DNA of 62,942 nucleotides, filler included, from Octopus bimaculoides (Eukaryota): NCBI RefSeq assembly GCF_001194135.2. It is 6 parts of 6 records of this genome, joined end to end, with 100 filler letters (N's around TTAATTAATTAA, not from the genome) between each part and the next. Parts side by side here need not be neighbours in the genome. Positions count along the whole stretch, not along the records: positions 1 to 28,701 come from NC_068984.1; positions 28,802 to 40,901 come from NC_068981.1; 4 more parts are not named here. The stretch is one strand, 5' to 3'. Positions 23,301 to 35,760 of this stretch are shown in pieces. The position numbers and the translations under genes are program-made. The notes under the pieces are model-generated. The model saw only the letters and a list, made by a program, of their open reading frames with translations, was not told the DNA's origin and did not search any database. How positions within the stretch are numbered: the stretch's first letter is position 1; each line of letters starts with the position of its first letter.

Positions 23301-24937
23301 GCCCCGTGTATCGCACGCCAGGTTTTTCAATTAGAACCAAGTATAAAATATTGTGACATATCCATGAGTAAATGCAGCATATTACTGTCCGTTAGAATTC
23401 ATATATTGACCAGAAGACATGGGGTTCCCCTGATATAATTCCTCCATAATATTTAGCCTTAACCTTTGTATCTCTGTGAATCTGTATGTCGCAAACTCCT
23501 CTAGAATCTTTTGCAGTGTATAATTGTACCACTAATATTCTCCACGCTTCCATTTATGCAGTATAGTTTTTTTTTCCGTGTATGAAAGCTCGAATACTTT
23601 AACGTCTGTTATATATTAGTCTTGTTAAAGACTAAGGAACTAGAAATTATGGGATTCCTTGTTTCTTTGCAGCCTCAAATTATTGAGTAATTAAAGATTT
23701 CCATTTTAAAAGTTCTTGAACTGCTTAAATCACACGAAATCAATGTGACTTAGATATTTTTAGCAATAGTTTCTTCATCCATCTTTGTTTCATTACATAT
23801 TTTTCATTGTTTGCGCTGTGAAGATTTTAACCGCGTATCGCGCTCGAAAATAACATTTTAAACATTAGACTTGAGTCCTGAGATTTTAAGCCAATGCTAA
23901 CATTTCAAACGATTCAACTATGCTTTTCTCAATCTTAATAACGAATCCTTTTACATCGAATTTTGTAGTCTGAAGCACTTTCTATTGTCTCTCGATACTC
24001 CCCCGAGCTGTGTATTTCATCAGCCTTTCTTTTACATCTATTAGTCTCCTTAGAAATGGAAGACATTTTCTTTTGCTTTATTCATTTTGTGCAGATATTT
24101 GATGTTGATTCCTACATAGATATTTATAATAGCATTCTAATTACAGAAGTCACATACGTAACCATGTTCCTAGAAAATGTAACCGTTCTCTGGTGGCTTT
24201 AGGTGGTGCACTCTAAATATAGTTATTACCTTTCTTATTTTCCATTCTAGTATTCATAATTCACAGAACTTCCAGTTGAAAATAGTATAACTCTAACTCA
24301 TTTAATGGAACACGTAGGATATTAATAGCTATTTCTTAATTTTAGCATTTAAACCATTTGCTGCATAACCAAGCATCAATCTAACACGGTTGAAAATAAT
24401 CTGCCAAAGTACTTTGCCTATTTTTTTTGATTTCTAAGTGTTTGTACGCATGTATTTGGTGTAATTCTTACTGATTCGTGCCATTTTCTAACATGACATT
24501 ACTGGATTTTATAGCTTCTTCACTCTCAAGGTGGGCTTTGTATATTTTTCTGAACTAAATTTCATGCTATTTTCCTTTTCAAAATGCATACAATGTGTGT
24601 AGTAATGTATTGAACTGTTTAACATCTGTAACATATAGTTTCAGATAATCCATATACAAGATATAGTTAACTTATCCAATAGCACTTTTGCCTGCATGCA
24701 GGTTGGTTTCACATGATAGGGATTGATTTCAGTTTTACAATTCCATCTTTATATCTTTACGACTGCTTTCTATATTTGATATACCAGCTTTGTTCAAGGT
24801 AAATATCGACAAAATCAATCAACAATGGAAAATATATTGGTGGAGGAAAACTGTGACGGAAACTATGACAATTGCATTCTGGTAATCAATTCATACATTC
24901 CATACCATTTGTTTTTCGTATAGAATCATCAGTAGAG

Positions 24938-25508
24938 ACTGATCTTTCTGATTTGGCGGGCGCCACTTGTTTTCTTAACGAAACATTTTCAAAGTTGGGA
25001 CACTGGTATAATGTTTCATATAAAACATCTTTTACTCTTAGTGTTATTGAGAAAATTTTATCTTTTTAAAGTTACTTCGTGTTAAAATTGTCGTATTTCG
25101 GTAATTTCAACCAATCCTTGACGTCTATTGAAGTGAAAACAATTACTGCCGTGGAATGTAAACAACACGTTGTACGGTGTAATGGGATCTTTTCCTTTGA
25201 ATAAAATTAGTGCCGTTGTTTGTCAACAACAACTATCAGCGGTAGTGTTATTTACGGCATCGTTCATGCGTTTGTACTGATTTTAGCTTTAGGGTTTTAA
25301 GGTTAGGGTTCGGGTTTTAGAGTTAGGGTTAGGGTTAGGGTTTTAGGGTTAGGGTTTTAGGGTTAGGGTTATGAGTATTTTGGTCAAAATACTCATAACC
25401 CTATAACACAAAATATACAAGAATACGAAGTTTGAAAGTGTTTCGGTAGAAAATACACTAAATAAAACATAAATAAAAAGTGGTGCCCGCCAAATCAGAA
25501 GGATCCGT
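24938..25508. mobile_element. Non-autonomous TIR element (~570 bp) with internal TTAGGG tract
   Basis: TIR gatctttctgatttggcgggcgccactt (24941-24968) vs reverse complement of 25478-25505, 26/28 identical; further subterminal inverted match; flanking direct AGAG (24934-24937, 25509-25512). Confidence 0.8.
25288..25370 (+). repeat. Interstitial telomere-type (TTAGGG)n tract with TTTTAGGG variants
   Basis: Directly visible. Confidence 0.95.
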
Positions 25509-25603
25509 AGAGTCAATAGAGAGACCAGAGTAAAATCAAAATCATAACAGGAGCAACAAATAAGGATACAAAGTTAGTATAATTATAAAGTGCATATAAG
25601 CTT

Positions 25604-26014
25604 AGGAGTGGTTGTATGGTAAGTAACTTGCTTACGAACCACATGGTTCTGGACTCAGTCCCACTGCGTGGCACCTTGGGCAAGTGTCTTCTACTATAGA
25701 CTCAGGCCGACCAAAGCCTTGTGAGTGGATTTGGTAGACGGAAACTGAAAGAAGGCCGTCGTATATATGTATATATGTATCTATGTGTGTGTATATGTGT
25801 GTGTGTCTTGTGTCTGTGTTTGTCCCCCCAACATCGCTTGACAACCGATGCTGGAGTGTTTACGTCCCCGTAACTTAGCGGTCCGGCAAAAGTGACCGAT
25901 AGAATAAGTACTAGGTTTACAAAGAACAAGTCTTGGGGTCGATTTGCTCGACTAAAGGTGGTGCTCCAGCATGGCTGCAGTCACATGACTGAAACAAGTA
26001 AAAGAGTAAAAGAG
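25604..26014 (+). mobile_element. Full-length long tRNA-derived SINE (octopod type) with internal (TA)/(TG) tract
   Basis: aggagtggttgtatggtaag (A box)..ggactcagtccc (B-box-like)..ccttgggcaagtgtcttctactatag..gactgaaacaagtaaaagagtaaaagag tail. Confidence 0.9.
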
Positions 26015-26024
26015 GAAAAGATGA

Positions 26025-26365
26025 TAGCATGTGTTAAACGCTTCGGAGAGTGGTCTTTTGCCTAGAAAACTTGGAATAGAAAAAAATCAAAACAGAATCT
26101 ACAAATAAGGATACAATGTCAGTACAATTATATTGTGAGGAATGATGATAGGGAGGTGAGTATTAAACGCTTCGGAGAGTGGTCTTTTGTCTAGAATCAT
26201 CAACAATGCAATATCCCAGTAGAGTCGCAAGAAACCTAGAATAGGAAAAAAAAATCAAATGAGAATCAACGAATATGGATACAATGTCAGTACAATTATA
26301 TTGTGAGGAATGGTGATAGAGAAGGAAGTATTAAACATTTCGGATAGTGGTTGTTTGTCTAGAAA
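26025..26365. repeat. Irregular minisatellite, units ~130-170 bp
   Basis: ttaaac(g/a)(c/t)ttcgga(g/t)agtggt at 26034, 26163 and 26331; ggatacaatgtcagtacaattatattgtgaggaatg occurs twice. Confidence 0.85.
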
Positions 26366-28427
26366 AGAAATGAGAAGAGAAAAGAGAAAATAACAAACAA
26401 GAAAAGAAATGTTGAAATAAAGGCACTGATTTCAGTGGAGCAGTAGGATGGGTGGCAAAAAGGAAGTGGGCAGTTTTGATGTGGGTAGAAGGGTGATTGC
26501 ATCATGATGTTTGTGAAATGAGCTAAATAAGTGTGTGAAGTTGTAATAAAGTATGTGCGTTTTTGTGTGCGAGTAAGATGTCAAGTGTGTTTGGTAGATG
26601 GTGTTGAGCGAGTAGAAAGTCAAGTATGCGAGTAGGTTGAATGTGTAAGTGTAAGAGTATGTGTGTGTGCGCAGGAATAGGAAGTAACCATGCGCTAGTT
26701 TTGTACGGTTGGTGTAAGGAGAGAATAAAATCTGTAGGGTGGGGGTGAAATGTGTGGACAGGTTGACCGGTTGTATGTGTGTATGTGTACGGAGGGATAG
26801 ATGTAAACGTGGTGTGCTACTGTGTGAGTGGAATAAATAGAATATATTTTTATGTGTATGTGATTGTGTGATAAATGTTTAATGTAGTATGTGTATACGT
26901 GAGTGGAAACGGAGGAAATCGTACGTTGGACGCTTATCAGTGAATGGGAATGGGTTTATAAGGAGACGGCAGTGTTCTTAGAGGATAGCAACTTGGTTAT
27001 TAATCCCTGTGAGATTAAGTGTATTTAACTGGCAAATTAATTGTTGTTCACGGTGCAATCAGGAGAGGGAAGTTACGTGGTCCTGTACAATGCTGCAAAT
27101 AGCAAGATGCGGGTTGGCGTGACAGGATGAATCGAAATGACGGGCTACAAACCAAAGTGATTCTATGTTGTTACGCCAGACGTTCAAAAGCTATTTCCCA
27201 AAATGATCACTCGATAGACAACCAGTTTCTTCAATATACAATAAGCCGTAGAAATGACTTTTTATGCATTTGATGATGTTCATGTACAGCTGAAATACTC
27301 GCTGACTCAAAAAGCAGATGAGCTAAGTTCAACTAGGGGTTCAGATATTCTGAAAGAAAAAATACGTTTTTACATGCTTCAGTAGGAGTAAAAGAAAAAA
27401 AGAAACGATCAACTTCAGATGTGGCGAGGGATGAAGGAATTGCAGGGAGAAGGTCACGCATATTACGGTCGCATCGGAAGAGAAGCGGATTTCCAAAAAA
27501 GCATGGCAAAAAGCTGGGTCAAATAGGATGAAACGAAAGCTCTACACAGGGATCGGGGAACTTTTTTTTAACCAATTACTCAAAAATATATTTATTTACA
27601 CCGACGTTACCTACTTGATTTGAAAGGAAGAAAATCATAGATTCTTTAAATGCAAAATGTTTATTGAATCTATTTTATTGAGTCTACTTTTATGAGTCTA
27701 TTTACACATCCTTTAGATCGAACAGATGCAGTGTTGACAAAAGAAAAAAATTCTGTCCTAACAAGGAACACGTTTTCTATATAATTTTACTTATGTCTAA
27801 TGACTCCTCATTACACCCAAGAATTTCATTTTTACTTCACTTGGGGTAATTTAACCCGGTTCGCTGACCGTTGCTCTATAGGATGGTACACTGAGAGATA
27901 ATGTAGTACGACAGTAGGTGAGAGGGGAGGATAAACTGATGGTGGTGGAACGGGCACGAGAGAGAAAGGTGGAATTGTAGTTTTATTGTTGAGTAATCGT
28001 CTACATTCTTGAGATTTTGCTGCAATCATTCCGCTCACCTCGTATTTTAATCTTTTATTTTTGCGCGTTGATTACTTATTCTATGTAACAAGATAGCTAT
28101 TAAGACTCTGCATCTTAATAAGTTATGGGTTTAAGGGGTCTTACTACTTAGCCCCCATGTCAGACCCGTTTGAATACACCTATGCTTAAAGCCTCTATTC
28201 ATTTCAGCTGTGACAATACTGTCATTATTTTCAGTTTTACATTATTTTCAGGATTACATTAACTGGTTTTCTCTCATCGCTGGGGTATGATATGAGATAC
28301 ATTTTTCTGCAGTTTTAGTTCCAGCGGCCACAGTGTAGCTTCTTGGCAACCTTCGATGTTACCTTTGTTTTTTTTACCAGAAATTTATTTGTTTTATTTT
28401 CTCTCTATCTATTTCAGTATATGTATG

Positions 28428-28469
<42 letters not shown>

Positions 28470-28470
<1 letters not shown>

Positions 28471-28560
28471 CGATGTCGAGTTTGCTTTTCATCAAAACAG
28501 GATCGATAAAATAAGTATCAGTCAAGTATAGAGGTTAGTGAAATCGACTCCCTTTCCTCT
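28470..28560 (+). mobile_element. CORE-type SINE fragment
   Basis: ttccgatgtcgagtttgcttttcatc..ggatcgataaaataagtatcagtc, after an (ATT)n tract. Confidence 0.65.
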
Positions 28561-28625
28561 TATTGCGATCTTCAGGCGAGAACTACTAAAACACGGTATT
28601 GGCAGAATCTTTATATCCTTCAGAC

Positions 28626-28701
28626 CAGGGGTTTTCAAACATTTTGACTTGCGGACCCCTTTATATTTCAGGCTTTACTTTAGGGACCCCTTATAAACGC
28701 T
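28626..28701 (+). mobile_element. hAT-type transposon/MITE terminus, cut by a gap
   Basis: caggggttttcaaacattttgacttgcggacccc fits the CAGGGGTTxTCAAAC hAT (Charlie/Tip100-like) TIR pattern. Confidence 0.6.
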
Positions 28702-28801
28702 NNNNNNNNNNNNNNNNNNNNNNNNNNNNNNNNNNNNNNNNNNNNTTAATTAATTAANNNNNNNNNNNNNNNNNNNNNNNNNNNNNNNNNNNNNNNNNNN
28801 N
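28702..28801. other. Assembly gap spacer N44-TTAATTAATTAA-N44 (also 40902-41001, 48419-48518, 55562-55661, 61022-61121)
   Basis: The same 100-bp construct occurs five times; the 12-mer places stop codons in all six frames. Confidence 0.97.
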
Positions 28802-29169
28802 ATATATATATATATATATACATATGAGTGTGTATGTGTGCATATGTGTGGGTATGTGTGTGTGTGCGCGCGTGATTCACTTTCTTACTACCACATAATT
28901 ACAATGGAAGCCATTGATTTTCCGCTCCATAAATGTATTAACTACCTCTCACTGTTGTTTCTCAGGGGATGTTTGAACATAACCTGGTACTCACGAGAAC
29001 AAATTCATTTGATTACAGTGGTATATAACTCTATTCATGTGCCTTCTACACCAATTCTGTTTTATCACTACCTGTTCTTTTCACGCTGGAATTAGCATTA
29101 TAGGGCATATCTATATACAATGTTTTCCCTAATCCTGAGTATGCAGAATGCATAATCTCGTACCTAGGC

Positions 29170-29410
29170 AAATTGATACCTGTGAGTTCGTGACGTTATA
29201 TTTGTGCTTAATCCTTTGAAAGTTCAACACCTCCTGGAAATATATAAGCAGCGAGAATGTTCCATATTCTGACGTTGCCAGGACGTAGCTCAGAATATAA
29301 ATGTCTGAGAGGGAAAGGGAATGTAAGACCCATCAGGTGTAAGGAAAAGTCATGTATAAGTGGCCCGTGTATCTGGTTGCAATATGAACACGAAGCACGC
29401 ACCTTCGATG
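29170..29410 (-). mobile_element. CR1/L2-like LINE C-terminal fragment
   Basis: ..HDFSLHL..YSELRPGNVRIWNILAAYIFPGGVELSK.. fits the conserved RxVRxWNxLP terminal motif. Confidence 0.55.
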
Positions 29411-30943
29411 AATAGAACCTATCAGAGAAATGAAGATCAATCCGTCCAGAACTAGTTTGTTAATGATTTAATGTTAATCCGTTGAGTGGCCATCTTCCGC
29501 TTGTGATCCAAGGTATCGGTAGGCGTAGCATCGATACCATCTGTATATGCATGTGTGTCTAATTGAGTAAGGGTGTGTATGTTTCAGAGTGATAGACACT
29601 TCATTCTGCTTCGATGTATAAGGGAGTTGTACAAACAACTTGCGTAATATTTCAAAAAGATTGAAATATCATGTATTTTACCTGCATAGACACGCGCTTC
29701 TTAGCACTCTTCATAAATAGTAGGATGGTACATGTCACAGCTATTGACATGAAACTTCATTATAATAATAAGTTCGTTACAATTAAATGGACATCTAAAA
29801 TATATCTGTTTACCTAGCTTCACTCAAAATACTACAATCACAACAATACTATCGTAGTGGGAGATACCACTGGTGCATTGCTCTGGGATCTTTGTTTGCA
29901 AAGTGCGGCTCACAATTTACACGTAAAAAGTTTGTAGGTTTCGTCTTAACCGAAGGAGTCCTTTTCTAATAAACTTTTTTCTTAGGCGTGTCTTTCGCGA
30001 GTCAAAGGACCTGATTCATGTCTTGATATCTAATAATGCTATCAACAATCTGTCGTTCATAATGCAACACTATGTAGGATTATATGTCTGTAACGGGTTT
30101 ACTAAATGTACTATCAATATATATCAAGAATTAAGTATGTCTATAATATTTACAGAATCAATTACATGTTTCTGTTTACTGAAATCTTATAAAATGTTTC
30201 TCCATGTAAAATATCCAAACCATTTTATAGATGATGCCATAGCGAAACAAAAACAATCGAAACCGATTACTGAATTATGAAGGAACTTCCACAAGGAGAA
30301 ACCCAAATATCTCACACTCGGCAAATCGATACATTTTGATTGTACGTCACGTATAGGTACATTTAATAAACACACACAATATTAGCAGTTGGAAACAACC
30401 GCTAACACTTAAATGACAGTTATAACGAACCGAATATACATAGGATGGGGGAAAACAAGCAGGTAGTAAAATATGACGATTCTTTTTTTTTAGAACTTGT
30501 GATTTCATTAAACAGGCAATAAAGTGAGTTGGAAAAACAAAATTTCGTAGTTAACGAAGATGTGAATTGCAAAGCAAAAAGCATGTATCTCTTTCACTGC
30601 ATTATACGACCACATTGGAAGTTGCATTACATGACCACAAAGCCGATGAAGCAGAAGAGAAATAATGGAATGCGTCAGGATTATTAAACAACATAACATG
30701 GCCACTCTTGTACATATCATTTTTGTGAAAATTGATATTTCTGTAGAAATTAGAAATTCCCATATAATTCTCTATTTCACTAGAACGAAATAAAAAGAAA
30801 AATTACGAATACCGAAACAAAGTACTCTTTATATAATTTAATTCATATTGTAGATATCATATACTGAGAGGTGCTAAGACACGTCTTTTCATCTATCTAT
30901 CTGTCTATCCATCTATCTATCTATCTATATATCTATCTATCTT

Positions 30944-30974
<31 letters not shown>

Positions 30975-31040
30975 ATCATCTATGTATCTATCTATCTATC
31001 TATATATATATATATATACACATAATTGAAAACAACGGCA

Positions 31041-31380
31041 TCAACAAGAAGGTGTACGGTTGGACATTTATTTTGTAATCGCTAAAAGTGTTTCCACGCA
31101 ACGTAGTTCTCCAGCACTGCAGGTAATTGATTATGCAGCTGCTTCCCTTCATTATGAAATCTAGTTGTGTTTCCTCTGGCGATATGTAAATACTGTCTCC
31201 ATAAGTTCGAAATTTCAAACTTACGGATACACTATTTACATATCACCTGAGAAAACAATAGATCCCATAATGAAGGCAAAAATTTGCATAGTCAAGTACC
31301 TCACACGTGGGGATGTACGTTGCGTGGAAACCATTGTAGTGATTTCACAATAAACATTCAACTGTACCTCTTCTTCTTGA
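31041..31380. mobile_element. Spacer-less foldback element / palindromic MITE (~340 bp)
   Basis: Diverged inverted arms centred at 31212/31213 (ataagttcgaaa|tttcaaacttac); tttccacgcaacgta vs tacgttgcgtggaaa; ORF-track peptides on opposite strands (31000-31218 minus, 31165-31353 plus) are homologous. Confidence 0.8.
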
Positions 31381-32068
31381 CTCCAAATTTTTCAGTTATA
31401 TATTCGCACACGACAGGTGCGCAAACGCAAAACTGGAAGTACTTATAATACTACTACTAGATAGCACAGCGTAAATCTGAAGGTGTACGACCTTGATAGT
31501 GTCATCTACTACGTCCTTAACATAATATACTAATATGTTTCGAATGTTTATATATATATATGCGCGCGCGCATACGTGTGTGAATTCGTCTTCTATATAC
31601 AACAATATACACACACGCACATACATTCACTTGCACATACTTTCACATATATATTAAATTTAAATTAGAGATCTATTGTTTTGCCGAGTTTTATTCAAGG
31701 TGTCTTTTCTTTATTCATACAAGAGAAGTAAGCAACTCCAGATTTTTCCGAGCGAAACAATAAACTTTATTTTCTTTTCTTACTTGTTTTGTTGCTGTAC
31801 GCACACACACACACACAAACACACGCATATATCTATACATACACACACACACATACACACACACACACACACACACANNNNNNNNNNNNNNNNNNNNNNN
31901 NNNNNNNNNNNNNNNNNNNNNNNNNNNNNNNNNNNNNNNNNNNNNNNNNNNNNNNNNNNNNNNNNNNNNNNNNNNNNNNNNNNNNNNNNNNNNNNNNNNN
32001 NNNNNNNNNNNNNNNNNNNNNNNNNNNNNNNNNNNNNNNNNNNNNNNNNNNNNNNNNNNNNNNNNNNN

Positions 32069-32104
<36 letters not shown>

Positions 32105-35100
32105 ATGTCACCTGTAGTTGTTACTACTGTCTATGTGGCGCTATCATTCGAATTCTTTGAACATCGTATATTATATATGATCTTCGATAGACAGAATATA
32201 ATATTGAAATGGGACAGTACTTGTGAATAGAATATCAGAAGATTCAAATTCTAAACTTTTTAAATGCTTTGCTACCCTGAATTATGCGCAGTAATTGAAT
32301 TATACAATTATTTTCTGATACTGAGATCTATGGATTTTTATGCGATTTACGAAAAACGTTTCATAGCTTTGCTCTGAATATTGACTTAACTTTCTGCATT
32401 GCATTCCATACTTGCAAATAATATTACGAAGGAAACAGAAAATGGTATAATACATGTTTGTAATATTGCAGAGTGTAATGTAGTACAATAAATTCTTCAT
32501 TTAAATTGCACCTGCCTTTTCATTTCACACTAGTTTCGAAATTTCTGTCGACGAAAGAGAAACCGAAGTGAAATAGGATGTAAATTGTTACGGCATGAGA
32601 ATTAATGGAAATAACTTAAAGTTCATTTCTTTTCTTATTGCTTGATTGCGACATATTGAAACGTGCTGTTTCTATGTTTCACAACTCATTGTAGTCAGTC
32701 AATGCATACCGTAGAGGTTGTTTTTCTTTTCTACAATTGGTTACAAATATGTAACAAGTATGCAATAGTCGTACTTCCTACGCTAAATCTTATTCAGTGA
32801 GCACAAATCAAGAAAAAGATCACGAGGTTGCGCACTTCAAAGATACCAAGACCAACTCTAAGCAATACTGAAAACCCTAGGAATGGAACCTAAATTGTTT
32901 GGAACACAAATCCGAGTCTTACCTAGTGGCAGTGTTTATTTGCTATCTGAACCATAAAAAATGAAGCCACCAGAAGAGAAAAGGAAGCAGTCAAATGACA
33001 TGGGAGAAAGGCTCCACAGAATCAACCCCTCGTCCGACACCAATATTGCAATGCAGTTAATGCCTGAATTAGTCTAAAGAGTCGTCAACCGTTGCACCAT
33101 ATAGGAAGCTTTCAGCAAAGAGGAAAATATTCTTAGATTCCCAGATAAGGTCACCTAGAACGACGATATAAATATAGGGATGTTGAGCTTGTTATTGTAG
33201 TTGGTGATGACGAGGGTTATGATAAAGATGATACTTATGATGATCATACTATAAAAACGTATGTTTAATTTCAGGGAATTAATCACAAACTGAAGGAACA
33301 ATGAATTTCAGGAATTATAATCTCTGGGCCGCGACGAAGCTGGTACGAAATATATATTGCACGTTCAGAATATATTTTATGGTGATTGCAATGTGTTCGT
33401 TCATAATAATGGGGATTACTTCACTAATGTTAATAACAGTGAGTACGGTTCTCATTGAAGCCAAGACATTATTTCGTAAATTCATCTATGGTTGATAATC
33501 AGTCTTATTTTCGTATAGATGTAGGACATGAAAAATTATTTCATAACGTACTTAAACCGTATATTTTGCTATTATCTTCCAGCTATCTCCCACTATTCCT
33601 GATTCGTTATATCATCGAAGGTCCGCTCGTTTATTTGTGAAAAACCATTGATCCAACGTAATTCAAATGACGCTAATTGATAGATATTACACAATATTTC
33701 AGTACTTCAAATTTTTGAGATGATAGAGTATGATGTTTGGGATGTTTGACTGCTATTTCAGATAGGTCAGGTAATTGCGCAGTGATGCTTTATTTGGTTC
33801 AAATGTAGATATGAATATTATACGACCGAAAAATGCTACATTATCGGAAGAAATCACAAATCCGTTTCAAAAATTATAGTTCTTTAAATGTACGCAAGCC
33901 AGGCGTCAATTGACCTATGGATTTAATAATGATAATCTTTTGCATTATGAAATACAGGAGTGTTATCAACAATCAATTCAATCAAATATCTTCATCAATA
34001 TTTCTGTCTCTTCCCCAATTCTTCAATTCTTAAGCTATACGAGAAGACAACATTTCTTAAGCAATACTAAAGAAAGCTATTGTAAAATATATTGAGAGAG
34101 TCTAACGTTGTAGGTGTAGCCGATATTATTTTATGTGAATCAGTCATCTACGTTGCAGCATAAGTCCACTAAACACATTTCAAAACAAGGGATGACAGAA
34201 ATGATCTCACAGCTGCTAATATATTTCCTCCTTTTAGTTTTGCAATTCCTTTCTGCAAATCTTTAACAATATATATTGTAGTAATATTTCGAACTAAAAT
34301 GAAAGAACTACATATAAATAAGATGGAAACCAGATTGATTTGAGTCCAGATAAATGTGCTGGATAATATTTAAATAACATATATCTGATTAAGACAATAT
34401 CAAAGTGAAAGTAATGAAGATATTGAATTACGACTGTTTCCAGGTGGGTATAAAACATGTTCCCGCATGCAAGCAAAATACTGATAATTATTGAAGCGAT
34501 TAATTGAAAATATCACATATAAAATGGATATGAAATTAAATATACCCTTAGAATAGGTGCGCAAATATGTTTTATATAGTATAGGTGCAACTCACCTCCA
34601 TGCCCCGTGCTGTATCAGTAATGTGTTGTGTTGAGGTTCAATGACTACCTGTGGAGTACGATGAAAAATAATATTTTGTGAAAGTTGTAAAAAAGTGTTT
34701 TTTATCCATGTTTTTTTTTAGTTCATCGTTTCTGTTATTCTAAATAAAAAATATAGAAACTTATTGTATGGTAATTTTTTTGTTATATGAAATTATCCAA
34801 TATTAATTGAATTACAACTGCGTTTCAAACATAATGTATCCAAATAATTTGAGACAGGATCTAATATAGAAGCATAAAAATACGGAAATGTGGCACAGTT
34901 TATCATATAACTGGACATAATTACACCAACTCCACTCTAGCAGAACTTTATCATTATCATCATCTCTTTTGGCAAACATTTGGATATAAATCGTCTAATA
35001 TTATTAAGATTTGAATTACCGACTTAAAATTCATAATCCCTGGAACTGTTAATGAGTTCGAAATGTCTTTACATTTTGTCACTCATCGGAAACATACCAG

Positions 35101-35284
35101 ATGTCGTAATAAAAATACCGCACTTCCACTCATAAATTAGATATGTATCTGTTTGTGTGTAAGCGATTATATGTCAGACAGTTTGAGGAAGGAGAGACAA
35201 ATGGATTGATGTTTGTTTATATATATATATATATACATATATATACTGATAGGTTTCGGCCAATATTGGCCCAGGCTATGTCTA

Positions 35285-35760
35285 ACTGCGTTAGGCAGTT
35301 CCTTTCACTACATGTTGGTTGAGGTTCAGCTATCTATTTCTTTCAAGAAAGTTGGTTATCCATGATCTCCCCACCCTATCAAATACCTTGATGATATGAG
35401 AGGTGAGCGAGATCGGCGGGTAGTTTTGCCCTTGCAAGGGACTTTTTCCTGTTTTTTTAAAAAAACTGGGACAGCAGACTGAGACAAAAAGGTCTCATGA
35501 ATATAACCACCATCCAGTGAATTCCTCCACAGATTAACAACAGGAGATGCAAGATGGTATCGAGAGCCTTCCGGACAAAAACAGGGAACCTATCATGGCC
35601 CACTGCTGAATTTTGTTTAAATTGGTTTGATTTGGCGGCATCAGGGTGCCAAATATTATGCCGGATATAGTGGGTTGAGGATTAACATCATTAATACAGT
35701 CCAGATCGGCTATATCAGGATTGCTAAGAACAGAGCAGTACTCTTCTGTGGAATCTCGCG
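35285..35760 (-). mobile_element. CR1-clade LINE reverse transcriptase N-terminal fragment
   Basis: Across frameshifts: KQNSAVGHDRFPVF..SPVVNLWRNSLDGGYI..VPVFxKxGK..NYxPISLTSHIIKVFDRV..WITNFLERN..LNxNQH..RNCLTQL. Confidence 0.82.

Noticed and set aside
25288-25370. True chromosome end
   Set aside because: The tract is short, degenerate and internal to a TIR-bounded element with ordinary DNA on both sides.
26430-26900. GT-rich stretch as a decayed LINE endonuclease
   Set aside because: Compositional similarity only; no catalytic motif readable.
27180-27550. Possible RTE linker (..TQKADEL..) on the plus strand
   Set aside because: A few matching residues across frameshifts; not distinguishable from chance.
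28746-28757. TTAATTAATTAA palindrome recurring five times between N runs, superficially like a spaced repeat array
   Set aside because: Always exactly N44-12mer-N44; a synthetic scaffold spacer with six-frame stops, not biological.
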